This document shows positions 36,828 to 47,700 of a stretch of 64,000 nt of DNA, piece after piece. The position numbers and the translations under genes are program-made. This DNA is from a virus: the IMG/VR virus record IMGVR_UViG_3300045988_112739. One strand, given 5' to 3'. The notes under the pieces are model-generated. The model did not search any database. It was not told the DNA's origin and was given only the letters and a program-made list of their open reading frames with translations. How positions within the stretch are numbered: the stretch's first letter is position 1; each line of letters opens with the position of its first letter.

Positions 36828-37185
36828 TTCCTAAAATCTTTTTCAATTTATCAATAGCTTGTTTAGTATAACTAATAATTGAAGTTATAAAAATACTAAC
36901 AATTAAAAGAATACTAATAATCTCGTAAGCCTCTTGTGGTAAATCGACCCCACTATACTGGGCGTAGCTAGGAAGCAATGTTACCAAAATAGAAAGAGAA
37001 CCTAGTCCTACAACAAAGACCAAGAACTTTAATAAACTTTGAAGCAATTTCTTACAATCAAACTTCTTGCGCAGAGATTTCACATTATACCAAAGACCGA
37101 AACAAGTATTCGATAACATTGCTAACCCAAGCAAAATCACTGCAAATCCGACTAACATAAGGTTGTGTAATACTAAATCAACCAT
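36811..37185 (-). CDS. holin-like membrane protein
   Basis: Three hydrophobic segments and a charged C-terminus. Located directly downstream of the endolysin and a 100-aa ORF (37203..37505). Confidence 0.55.
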   Translation of the reverse strand: MVDLVLHNLMLVGFAVILLGLAMLSNTCFGLWYNVKSLRKKFDCKKLLQSLLKFLVFVVGLGSLSILVTLLPSYAQYSGVDLPQEAYEIISILLIVSIFITSIISYTKQAIDKLKKILGSDDNG

Positions 37186-37202
37186 GTTTATCCCTCGCTT
37201 TC

Positions 37203-37505
37203 TTAAATTAAGCTAAAGGACAGTTCCGCATAATTTTTTATCTTATTATACAACTCTTTGGCTTTCGCCTTAGTCATCTTGTCTGTTGCTACAATTTGAT
37301 ATTTAACACCATTGTCAAAAACTAATCTTATTTCAAATCCATTTACACCATGTGCAAGTATTTGAGAAAGGACAATTCTTGCTTTGGGTTCTGTTAAACA
37401 CGTTGCAACACAAAGAGTATATAACTCGTCTAAAATATTGTTTGGCGAAATCTGCTCTTTAATAACCGTAGTTTCTTTCGCACTTTTATTTCTAATAGAT
37501 GGCAT
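37203..37505 (-). CDS. hypothetical protein
   Basis: ORF between the endolysin and the holin. Confidence 0.45.
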   Translation of the reverse strand: MPSIRNKSAKETTVIKEQISPNNILDELYTLCVATCLTEPKARIVLSQILAHGVNGFEIRLVFDNGVKYQIVATDKMTKAKAKELYNKIKNYAELSFSLI

Positions 37506-37511
37506 GAACCA

Positions 37512-38561
37512 TCACCCCTTTAAACTCTGAATATATTGAAACGGAATATAAGCGAACTTGTTTGGAAATTTCTCACATTCCGGACTAGTAAATTTAACCC
37601 ATATTGTGCCGTTTTCTGCTGTAACATTACTACCTAAGTAAACTATAATTTCTGTATTTTTAGGCAATCTTGATATAGTTTTAGCATTGCGTTCTGGCAC
37701 ATATTTAATAGGTGTTCTATCTTTAGTGGTAATATATTTAGAATAATAAACACTAGGTTTGTATACTAAATTTCCTAAATTGTCAAAAACTTTATATCCT
37801 CTATTATAATCAGCAATATTTTTTGCTGTTTCCAGATTGTTATAAGCACCTATTTGGCTCTCAACATTATCTTTGCTTCTTCTGATTTTATAGGGTATAT
37901 TTTCTACTGGTTTTTCATATTCTGATAAATATTTCTTGACTGTTGTTTTGAATTTATCCCAATGTGGCATAATATAAAGAGGACAAACTTTCGTTACTCC
38001 TTTTTCAATATGAGTATTGAGATAATCCACACTACCGTCAAGTCCTAAATTTTTATTTATCCAGTAAGTATGAGTTCTTAACGCAGAAACGCCTAAATCA
38101 TTTTCGTGGAGAAAATATGCTGCTAATCTAGCAGTTTTGTCTTCTGCTATAACATCTGATTGTTTATTTTCATTCATAATGCACTCAATAGCAATATCAT
38201 CTATTGCGCCAGTATTATAAGTACCTCTTGCATTACACCATGCTACCTCATCAAATTCAAGTAACTGCCATACAGAACTTTCATCTACATACAAGTGCGG
38301 TCTAACTGAACCCATATTTTCATTATATGTAGCAAGAGTATATCTTTCAGCATCATCTTGAATATTATCTAGGTCAGCGGTATTATGAATTGTAACTGTA
38401 TTCACTTTAGACATTTTTACATTCGCTTTATACAATGCATTAGGAGAAAATTTTGCATTTCTAGCTTTAGTAGGGTCTTTCCATTTGAGACCATCTGGAA
38501 TAATTTTTTGTTTAATCTGTATTCCTGCTATTGTAATTATTTTGTCAGGAGTAATCGTCAT
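37512..38561 (-). CDS. endolysin, N-acetylmuramoyl-L-alanine amidase (Amidase_2/PGRP) with C-terminal wall-binding region
   Basis: TIHNTAD, PHLYVDESSVWQ, AWCNA and THTYW...KVCP. ATG 38561 follows aaaggtga. Confidence 0.7.
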   Translation of the reverse strand: MTITPDKIITIAGIQIKQKIIPDGLKWKDPTKARNAKFSPNALYKANVKMSKVNTVTIHNTADLDNIQDDAERYTLATYNENMGSVRPHLYVDESSVWQLLEFDEVAWCNARGTYNTGAIDDIAIECIMNENKQSDVIAEDKTARLAAYFLHENDLGVSALRTHTYWINKNLGLDGSVDYLNTHIEKGVTKVCPLYIMPHWDKFKTTVKKYLSEYEKPVENIPYKIRRSKDNVESQIGAYNNLETAKNIADYNRGYKVFDNLGNLVYKPSVYYSKYITTKDRTPIKYVPERNAKTISRLPKNTEIIVYLGSNVTAENGTIWVKFTSPECEKFPNKFAYIPFQYIQSLKG

Positions 38562-38583
38562 ATGTTTCACCTTTTTAACTATC

Positions 38584-40035
38584 CTATGATTCAATTAAAT
38601 CGTAAGTTATCTTCATCGTCTGGGCACTAGTTTTTGTTACTGGAGTGGCTAGATTATTAATAGTAGCCAAATAAGTGAAGTCTTTATTAAGATACAGTTT
38701 TGGCGCATTATAATAGTTGTAACGAGATATAAAATATGGGTATATATCTGTATATGTATAAATTTGCATATTATCCATATTCGAAATGTTATCTTGCCAA
38801 TATCCTAGCCTAATAATATCCCCATCTTCGGTTATACATTGGTTGTTCTGTAAGAAATGTGCTTTACGTTTCAAATCATAAAGCCTTTCCCATCTCCTAT
38901 CGCTATAGCTACTGGTCAAATCAAAATTTTTTATGAAATTTCCGTTAAAATCCACAGCAGCCAAGCGATAGGAATTCGTGTCAAGTTGAAACCATGCTAT
39001 AATAAAATTATTCATCAAACAAAATGGTTTATAACCGTTATATTTGTAATGAAAATAACTGTTCCCAGTACCCACATTGGCGAATCTTTTGATATAAAAA
39101 TCATCAGGAAAACTTTGAACATTAATAAGTATTTTTTTATCAAGGGCAACAGCTCCTGTTAAAGCATTAATTCTATTACAATTAAACCAAATGTCGTAGT
39201 GTATCTTATCTTCTTGTTCTTGATGACCATATCCAATGCAACGTATAAAACCATCCGAATCTGTATAACTAGTATAATCTCCTGGGTTTGTAATAGATAT
39301 GTCCTGTGTCTTATATGGCGAACTTGCAGAACTACCACAATCACCCCAATTTAATTCTATCTTTTCTGTGTTAAGTATTTTATAATAAGAAAGTCTAAAT
39401 GTTGTTGTAGACGGATTTGACAAAGAAACAATGGTATCTTTAGCTACTATCCCTCTAACTCCACCAAATTCGCTTGTTGGAACATCTCCTGGGATATTGT
39501 ATAAAAGTCTTGACAGGTTGTTATCAAAATTATAAAAATTAGTTATCTTAGGATTATAATTATCTGCTACCGAGTCCCAATATTCATTAAGTCCTATATA
39601 TCCACCTGTGCGACTTGTTAAACAAACGCAAGCGATTGTCCCGTTTGCACGGTCTGTAGCAAAATCCCACACCAACCGATATCCGTTGCTAAGAGTTCTA
39701 CACTCTGTCTCATTCAACGTTCCAGTCCATGGGTTAGTTCCAGAATATACTCTTCCAGCATGTCCAACTGCGCCCTCACCATTTGCATATATCAAATTTG
39801 AGTTTTCTTCCTTTTTATTACTAAAAAGAAGTACTCCACCCATGGCGTTAGTAGATATAGGTAAAGTGTTGTCAAGAATCGTTTTTATACTTGTATTACA
39901 CGACACAAATTCAACCGGAAGATTTAAAAGCTTCTGTACGGCACTTGTAACCATATTATTTTCTTCTACTACTTGTTCTAACTCCCCGGTTTCCGCGTTA
40001 AATAATTCTATTTTTGTACGCCCTTTGATTTTCAT
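38584..40035 (-). CDS. baseplate/tail structural protein (hypothetical)
   Basis: Large ORF in the tail-tip module. No motif recognised. Confidence 0.45.
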   Translation of the reverse strand: MKIKGRTKIELFNAETGELEQVVEENNMVTSAVQKLLNLPVEFVSCNTSIKTILDNTLPISTNAMGGVLLFSNKKEENSNLIYANGEGAVGHAGRVYSGTNPWTGTLNETECRTLSNGYRLVWDFATDRANGTIACVCLTSRTGGYIGLNEYWDSVADNYNPKITNFYNFDNNLSRLLYNIPGDVPTSEFGGVRGIVAKDTIVSLSNPSTTTFRLSYYKILNTEKIELNWGDCGSSASSPYKTQDISITNPGDYTSYTDSDGFIRCIGYGHQEQEDKIHYDIWFNCNRINALTGAVALDKKILINVQSFPDDFYIKRFANVGTGNSYFHYKYNGYKPFCLMNNFIIAWFQLDTNSYRLAAVDFNGNFIKNFDLTSSYSDRRWERLYDLKRKAHFLQNNQCITEDGDIIRLGYWQDNISNMDNMQIYTYTDIYPYFISRYNYYNAPKLYLNKDFTYLATINNLATPVTKTSAQTMKITYDLIES

Positions 40036-40036
40036 A

Positions 40037-40723
40037 TCATTCTCCCTCCAAATAGTTCATAGTATAAGTAAAAGCCCTATTAAAGCTCTTAATGTAAGTA
40101 TCATAAGCACTTTCTTTAATATTTCCTAATTCGTTCTTATACAAAATATTTACCTCACCAGATACTTGACCCATATCAGCAACCGTAAGTTTAATCCTAG
40201 ACACATCTGATATTTCTACTTTTACAGGGTTAAACGTATATTTAACTCCGCCAAATGTAGCAGTTATTTCAAAAGCTTTTATATTTTCGTTGGCAGAAAT
40301 ACTTGTGATTGGGTTTGTCATTTCAATATATATAGTGGTGCTATCAGTGCTATACACACTCCCAGTAACACAAGGCATGTTATCTGTTATCCTTGAGGTT
40401 GTTAAAACAAAAGAATTAATATAGTGATAAGCCACATTCTCTGTAAAAGAAATATCTATTGGGGTTTGAACATCATATATAAGTTCATCTTCGATATCCA
40501 TGGTTTTTAACGCAAAGGGATTAATTTTAAAATACCCAGTTTTTTCTCTGAAATGCAAATATCCGTCCCATAAATTAGAGGTGTCAATTTTTCTTGCAAT
40601 GGTTACAGCCATAGCAATAGCATTATTCCATCTCAAGTCTGTTGCGGCTGTTTTCCAACGCACAGGAATGCTAACATCTGTGTCACTGACAAATTCTATT
40701 TTTTTCTCGTTTACATCAGACAT
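40037..40723 (-). CDS. tail structural protein (hypothetical)
   Basis: ORF packed 1 nt from the next gene. Confidence 0.45.
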   Translation of the reverse strand: MSDVNEKKIEFVSDTDVSIPVRWKTAATDLRWNNAIAMAVTIARKIDTSNLWDGYLHFREKTGYFKINPFALKTMDIEDELIYDVQTPIDISFTENVAYHYINSFVLTTSRITDNMPCVTGSVYSTDSTTIYIEMTNPITSISANENIKAFEITATFGGVKYTFNPVKVEISDVSRIKLTVADMGQVSGEVNILYKNELGNIKESAYDTYIKSFNRAFTYTMNYLEGE

Positions 40724-40886
40724 TTTTCCCTACTCCTCTCGCTGTTATGACTATTGTGACGACAAAATTGCAAAAATCTATATCTGCATCTTCGTTTGCC
40801 CACTCAATAGTTGCATAGTTATCCCCTCTTATTGCTTTTATAATACGACCTTTTTCATCTTTATAAAATTTCAAATCAGGTATCAT
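40716..40886 (-). CDS. hypothetical protein (56 aa, below the track cut-off)
   Basis: ATG 40886. The stop overlaps the next start (AATGTCTGATG). Fills an otherwise empty 165-nt gap. Confidence 0.4.
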   Translation of the reverse strand: MIPDLKFYKDEKGRIIKAIRGDNYATIEWANEDADIDFCNFVVTIVITARGVGKNV

Positions 40887-40888
40887 AT

Positions 40889-41293
40889 TTATTCGCCCTC
40901 AAAAATCCCAATATATCTTTCAATGCCAGCGTTTGTATGCACAGAATAATCTATATTGGAATTTATAGTAATTGACGTAATTGGTTCAAGAGAATAACCG
41001 CCATCATATCTTGGTTCACCGCAACGCTCTCCAATCCAACCTTTTGCAGGATTGCTAGTATAAAAGACTTTTACGCTGTCACCAGACGATAATAGTTCAC
41101 CTGTCTTATTAAAAAATGTATACTGCGTTTTATTTTCGTCATCTACAAAGTAAACAAAAGCTTTTAAAGTATTATTATCATATTCTGTTACCACTGCGGC
41201 TCTTTGCCGCAAATATCCACAATTATTATTATTTAAATGTTTTTCTATTCTGTTATCAATTATATCAAGAAATTGCCCCACAGAATCAGCCAT
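40889..41293 (-). CDS. tail structural protein (hypothetical)
   Basis: ORF in the tail-tip module. Confidence 0.45.
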   Translation of the reverse strand: MADSVGQFLDIIDNRIEKHLNNNNCGYLRQRAAVVTEYDNNTLKAFVYFVDDENKTQYTFFNKTGELLSSGDSVKVFYTSNPAKGWIGERCGEPRYDGGYSLEPITSITINSNIDYSVHTNAGIERYIGIFEGE

Positions 41294-41297
41294 AAAC

Positions 41298-42548
41298 TCA
41301 TGTCACCCCCGAAGAATAATATGGTAATACCGCTACATTAGTAGCAGAAATTTTCATCGAACTTTTATTAAAAGGGAAAGTAATGCTCTGTATTATATGT
41401 TTTTCAACAGATTTACTATAGAACTCATCATATATATCAATAACTCTATTTACATCTAAATGTGGTAAAAACGTACATTCAATATCCGCGCTAAGTTGTA
41501 TAATAGACTTCATTTTAAGATAGTATTTAGCATAATCTTCGCATTTTTGTGGAGAATATGCCATAGCAGTCTCTATGCTTTCTCCTTGCCTAATACCCAC
41601 TAAAGACACTCTTACAGGAGATTTAGGGTTATCATTAGTTACAGTGGCGTAGTTGTATACACCTTCATACCCTTCACCAAAAACCATTATCTTATTAATT
41701 GCCTTAGATATATCATAAGAAGCAGTATAAGAAATATAGTCTGATTTATCAGGAGAAAAAAACCACTGAACACCCTGACCTACATACAAATAATCAGTAG
41801 TGCCTTTTGTCAGGTTTAAATGTCCATCTGTATCATAATAGATATCTGCTCCCAACATCATGGCAAGTTCTATCATCATATCTCCTAAAAAACCGCCAGC
41901 ACCAACAGTTAAGTCGTATGGTATTGGTTCGTCTTCTAACCTACTATCTATAATTGGTATAACAGGGTCAATAGCATATCCATTACCCTTATCTATAGTT
42001 AAAATATTACGAATTACATCAGCTATTTTAGGTGTTTGTTGCTGTAGTTTTTTAAGTTCTTCATCGCTAAGTTGTTCACTATATCTATCTTCTGGTATAA
42101 CAGAGATTTTATAGTCTACATCAAGAATGGAAGCACCTAAATCACTAGTAAATGCGGCAAACTTATCAATTCCAGTTATATGAGTTATTTTCTTCTCGCA
42201 TGAAATATTTTGTACAAAAAATACTCCTTGACTAAACCAATAAATATCTCCTGTCGCTTGGTCTTTCAATCCAGTGTAAAGCCTAAATTTTCTATGATAC
42301 CAAAACATAGAGTTTTCATTAGGTAAATATTTTTGGTCTATATTTATTACAGAAAATTCACAAGTTCTACGAACACCTTGTTGATATTTAACAGATATAC
42401 TACCCTCGCTATCAAGGCTAATATCTTGAGTAATATCCATAATAGTAAACTCACTATAATCCAATATCTCAATTTTAAATACTGGATATTTTTGAGGGCG
42501 TTTACAAATATCAATATATTTCTGATTATAAAAATTGGTATATTCCAA
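41298..42548 (-). CDS. Tal-like tail tip/baseplate hub protein (tentative)
   Basis: Second gene after the tape measure gene. Call is based on size and position only. Confidence 0.35.
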   Translation of the reverse strand: MEYTNFYNQKYIDICKRPQKYPVFKIEILDYSEFTIMDITQDISLDSEGSISVKYQQGVRRTCEFSVINIDQKYLPNENSMFWYHRKFRLYTGLKDQATGDIYWFSQGVFFVQNISCEKKITHITGIDKFAAFTSDLGASILDVDYKISVIPEDRYSEQLSDEELKKLQQQTPKIADVIRNILTIDKGNGYAIDPVIPIIDSRLEDEPIPYDLTVGAGGFLGDMMIELAMMLGADIYYDTDGHLNLTKGTTDYLYVGQGVQWFFSPDKSDYISYTASYDISKAINKIMVFGEGYEGVYNYATVTNDNPKSPVRVSLVGIRQGESIETAMAYSPQKCEDYAKYYLKMKSIIQLSADIECTFLPHLDVNRVIDIYDEFYSKSVEKHIIQSITFPFNKSSMKISATNVAVLPYYSSGVT

Positions 42549-42561
42549 TTAAAACGCCCCC

Positions 42562-44709
42562 TTAATTACTTAATATTCTAACCTTACTTATAGGATAAGT
42601 TTCTACAAAATCTAATTTTTCTGTTATAGAACGTTCTACTGGTTGTGTATTGTCTATTTCGCTATTATGGCTAACTATACTACCAAACCATTTATTTCCT
42701 CGATAATCTTTAATCATAACAGGAATACCACTAGCAATCAACTCTTTTAGATGTTTATAATACACCTCGTCTTTATTAATAACTTCGTTCCAACCATAAT
42801 TGATAGAGTTCGCAAAATCTTGAGTAAAATTTCTATCAAAAGTTGTTCCGTCTGGATATTTAACTTCTGTATTGCCTAACTGGAAAGATAATGAAAATGT
42901 ATCATAAGTCGTTTCCCATGCGGCTGTACTAGCTTTTACAGCATAACCCACATAAGTATTCCTGCCAAGATTATGAGATATGCTATGTTTATCTACTACA
43001 TTAAGTTCAGGTCTGACGATATCTATTACATTGAAACTTCTTTCAGCATACATATAATCATAATCTATACGTTTATCAGTTTGAACATCAAATCTAGTAT
43101 AAGCCTGTTCTTGCAAAAAGTAGATTGAATATGTATAAAAATCTGTATCATAATATTGAGATATCGCGGGAAGATACATTAAACTTGTAGAAGAATCTCC
43201 AGTAGATACAAAATCGCAAATATAATACCTATATTTCTTTCTACTAACAGAATCATAATCTATAAATGTGTTCGTTTGATTGGCTTTAATACTGTTGTAT
43301 GTTAAAGTAGCTACATAAATGATTTCGTTGCTACCATATTCTTGTCTTAATATTTTAGTACCACATAAACCTTTGCTCGGAGCAGTTAGGGCTTTAATAT
43401 GTTTATATGTTAATTCTATTGCGTTTTTTTCTTTATTATATTTCATAGCAATTGAATTTATATTAGTTTCTGCACTACCACTTGTTATTGCATTAGGCGT
43501 TTCTGCCTCAACGTCCCAATTTGTTTGTGTAGTAACATATAGTTTTGCTTTATAACTATGCCCTGTAACATATCCTCTAAAAACATATTCTAAAGCACCA
43601 ATATACATTTTTTCAGAAGTATCAACTAATAAAGAATTGCTAGTTATATTCCCACTAGTATTTGTTACATCATATATTTCCCATTTTTGATATTTAGTAA
43701 AAGATTTAGAATTTAGACTAGCAGTAAATTTAATAACTTCTGCATCAAACACTCCTTGTAGATTTTCAATTACAGGGGTAGGTTCTGTTTCAAAATAGAA
43801 AAATGGACTTTCTATATAACTACAATATAACGTATAATCTGTACCAACATCAGGAGTTGTACTAAAAGCACTAATTAATTCTACATAACCTAACGATTTT
43901 TTATAGGTCTTAATTGCCCGAAACTCTCCATTAATCTCTAAATAGTAACATGGCTGATTTGTGGTAGGATATGGTAAATCAGTTCTTCCACCAATATGCC
44001 CTACTCTATGGTCTGTTGTCTCAGATTCGTCAATAGCTATATCTGGAGCGATAAACAAACCATTTTCACTTACTTGAAGTTTAACATTTCTATAAGGTGA
44101 TATGGTATATTCTGTCCCCTCTGCCACTTCATCAGTTGTTTCGTTTTTTAATCTTATTCTCGTTTTAACTGGTTTTTGATTTTGGTCTACTCCCACTCTG
44201 GCTTCTAATATAATTCTACGTTCGCCATTTACAGTTATCCAAGATGGTAGTGTTATTGTTTCTGTAGTATCTAAATCTAACATTTTTTTATTTGCTTTCC
44301 CATCAGAGCCTAGAACTGTAGCAAGAGTCTTGCCAGAAATAAAAGGACTGGCTTTAGTTGTTCCACTTACAACCCTAATATTTGGATTTTTGCTATTTGC
44401 AATATCAACATCATCATAAACTCTAACTTTCCATACAAATTGTTTATTGTTATTACTTGAAACATTTGTTGCTAACGTGTCTATTTCTTCTGTATTATAG
44501 TAGTAAAGCTTTTTTGCTCCTGCGGCGTAATCAGAATAGATATTATTGTTCCAAAGATTATTAGTATTCATTTCGTAAATAAAGTAGTCTGCACCAATAG
44601 TTCTATCACCATAGAACGTAAATTTAAAAGCGTTTCTTGCTCTATTAGTCATAGTAGCTGCGTCTATGCTAACATTTTGAGGATAAGCATTTACTATTGA
44701 ACAATTCAT
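42562..44709 (-). CDS. distal tail protein-like (enlarged Dit, tentative)
   Basis: First gene after the tape measure gene. Position-based call. Confidence 0.35.
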   Translation of the reverse strand: MNCSIVNAYPQNVSIDAATMTNRARNAFKFTFYGDRTIGADYFIYEMNTNNLWNNNIYSDYAAGAKKLYYYNTEEIDTLATNVSSNNNKQFVWKVRVYDDVDIANSKNPNIRVVSGTTKASPFISGKTLATVLGSDGKANKKMLDLDTTETITLPSWITVNGERRIILEARVGVDQNQKPVKTRIRLKNETTDEVAEGTEYTISPYRNVKLQVSENGLFIAPDIAIDESETTDHRVGHIGGRTDLPYPTTNQPCYYLEINGEFRAIKTYKKSLGYVELISAFSTTPDVGTDYTLYCSYIESPFFYFETEPTPVIENLQGVFDAEVIKFTASLNSKSFTKYQKWEIYDVTNTSGNITSNSLLVDTSEKMYIGALEYVFRGYVTGHSYKAKLYVTTQTNWDVEAETPNAITSGSAETNINSIAMKYNKEKNAIELTYKHIKALTAPSKGLCGTKILRQEYGSNEIIYVATLTYNSIKANQTNTFIDYDSVSRKKYRYYICDFVSTGDSSTSLMYLPAISQYYDTDFYTYSIYFLQEQAYTRFDVQTDKRIDYDYMYAERSFNVIDIVRPELNVVDKHSISHNLGRNTYVGYAVKASTAAWETTYDTFSLSFQLGNTEVKYPDGTTFDRNFTQDFANSINYGWNEVINKDEVYYKHLKELIASGIPVMIKDYRGNKWFGSIVSHNSEIDNTQPVERSITEKLDFVETYPISKVRILSN

Positions 44710-44737
44710 AAAATCACCACCATTCTAAATATTAAAA

Positions 44738-44770
44738 GTATCACCACTGTTTACTGCACAGTGGTGATAC
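44738..44770 (-). terminator. intrinsic terminator overlapping the tape measure stop codon
   Basis: Minus-sense GTATCACCACTGT-gcagtaa-ACAGTGGTGATAC followed by TTTTAATATTT. Confidence 0.6.
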
Positions 44771-47700
44771 CATTTTTGTTTTGTATCTTAGTAACAATTT
44801 CAGACCAGAAACTTTCAGCGTCAATGTTTTTGTCAAACTTAAATTCCATATCACCTGTAAAGGTATAGTTGTTTTTAACTTCTCCTGTGTTAGTAACGTT
44901 TGTTATCATATTAGTAGTTGGCTTAGTTTCTGCGAAAGATGTAGGTTTAAGTATTTCTGCATATTTGTCAAGGCTAGTCGCCAATGTGGTTACAGAAGTG
45001 CCTAATGCAGTCATAATAGACTTCCAGTCAAAAGCAAATCCGCTTTTCCCATTAGTAGCATAGCCACCAGAAATAAGATTTGCTTTTGCTTTGTTAAGTT
45101 CTTTTTGACTTTGAGCGTCCTCAAATCCTAAATTGATGTCAACCGCTTTACCATAACGACTACGGAAAGCTTGTTGTTCTTTATCACTTAGATTAAGTAA
45201 ATCTTTAGCACTTAATGTACTAGCATTTACTCCACGATATTGTGCAAGCCAACTTAAAGCAGATTTGACATCTCTTTGATTTTGTATTGTTTCAGGAATG
45301 TTACTGAAACTCTCTCCGTATTTCTCTAACCATTCTTTACTATCTTCTAAATCTTGTTTTCTATTTTCTTCAAGTTGTTGGTCATATTCCTGTTGTGCTT
45401 TCTTAATATCTTTCTTATTAGTAGTCCACTCAAATTGACCTGTTTCAGCATTGTATTCACGAACACTTCTTTGTGTCTTAGCTTTATTAAGAGCCTCAAG
45501 TTTTTCTTGTAAAGCAATTTGTCTTTGTTGAGCTTCATTCTTTTTATCAAGCAAATCTATCTCTTTATCTAAAGCATCAATTTCAAGCTGTGCCGCTGCA
45601 ACAATACCGTTGGCAATATCTTCATAGTATTCTACTTGTTTAGATAGTACAGTAGATATATCGGATAAAGCGTCCTCAACGGAATAAACAGATTTTTCTA
45701 TAGTATCTACTATACCATCAGCAGTATCTTCTGCTACTTCCCCTGTTGCTTCTAGCAAGTCTTTTATTGCACTAATAGAATCAACAACCTGTTGACCGCC
45801 AATTATTAGAGATGGATTCTTGGCAATTGTTTCATACCACGCTGTAGTGTCTAATGTGTTTAAATCAATAAAATCACTTATTGTTAATTTGCCCGTCAAT
45901 GCTTGCGCTTCCGTTAGCTTATTAAAATTGTTTAGTATTTCCTCTTTTGCCGCTGTAACTGTAGCAAAATTCTTTAAATCTATATGATACTGTTTGTTGA
46001 ATTTGTCCACTAATTCTTTATTACCTAAGATGGCGTTTTTATAAAAATCGCTACTATAGCTTAATTTTTCAATTTGTGCATTTTTGTAATTTGTTTTATC
46101 TTGTTCATATAACTCTTTAAATTTAGAAATAAGTTCTTGTCTAGTCATTTCTTTACGAAGATACCTGTCAATATATTCTGTTATAGCAGGATAAGCGGAT
46201 TTCATAGAATCGAGAGTATCTAATGTAATTTGACTGCTCTCTTGTCCTAATTCATGCATTAGACTATAAGCATCTTTCATACGAGATGTTACAACGTCTA
46301 ATCGAGAATCAAGCTCCTCGTCAAGATTGACGGAGGCTGTAGAAGACCCTTGGTCAAACTTATTTGCGAACTCTTCGATAATTTTAGGATAATCTTTTAA
46401 GTATTCTTGACATTCTTTTAGTATTTCTATATACCAGCTTGGAGCATTAGACATTGCTCCTCTCAGCTCTGGCTTTAAGTTGTTGTCCTCGTCAAAAAGC
46501 TCGGCAAGTTGATATTTTTCGGCATCGGCTCGTGTTTTAGAATATTTATTTTCTATTGCAGACTTTGCATCAATGTAATTAGTGTAATTTTTCAAATCAA
46601 TTCCGTATTTGTTTTTAAATTCTTCCACAAAGCTGGAATTCTCGTTAAGCCAACTAGAATAATACTCATCTGTTTTCATATACTTCTTTTGCTGATAATC
46701 ATAAAAATTATCAATATCGTTATTATAGAACTGCTTAAATGCTTTTAATAACTCATCGTTATCAATCATACCCAAACGATATTTCTCAACAATAGAAGCC
46801 ATACCAGAATACTGGTCTACCATACTACTAAGAATATCTTCGCTTATAGTACTATCTCCATATCCAGCAACTTCCGCTATAAGTTCACCAGCAGATTTTA
46901 TAGCTGTGACATATTCGTTGGCAGTAGTTTTAACACCATCAACAGCATTGCTAACAATCTGTTTTTCAAGTTCTAATAGTTTGTTTTGGTTTGTTATTTC
47001 TAATCTTTGTTCATCAGTAATATCTTTTTGTTTTACCATTGTGGCATTATTAATATTCAACTGCTCATCTAAGGTGTCTAACATAGACTGTACATAATCG
47101 TTACGAACAGCCTCTATTTTTGCAATATTATCCAATCCACCCTGAGTAAGATTTGTTATATCTACACCAGCAGTTTTTAACTCAAACAGTTCCTCTATAT
47201 CAGGAGTTGTCCCCTCTGAAAGAGCTTTTATTGCATTGTTAAGTTTTTCTATGTTGTCTACTGCGTTAGTAATTTGTTTTGCATCTGTAGGGAATCCGGC
47301 AATTAAATCCGTTGCTGTAATCGTTTCGGTTTTTTGATAAGTATATCCTAATAGTTCAAGGGAATCCACTATTTCAGAGATACTCATATCAATATCGTTT
47401 TTGTCTTTTAAACTTTCTCTAATTCCACCAAGTAAATCAGTAATTTCTTTATCTTGTGTTTGCTTAATATCTGTAGCAAACATACCTTTTATTTTTTCAG
47501 ACAACCCGCTACTTTCTACTGCTTTATCAATTAGTATATTAGCTTGTGCTTTTTGTTGAGATTTTTCAAATTCTTGTCCTGCTTCTGTAATACTTCTGCC
47601 AACAAGTTCTGCAATTCTTTCGTTGCTAGTTAATCCTGTTGCAGTAGATAATGTTTGCAATAAATTATCTGCAACGGTCTTTAAATCATTGTATGCTTTC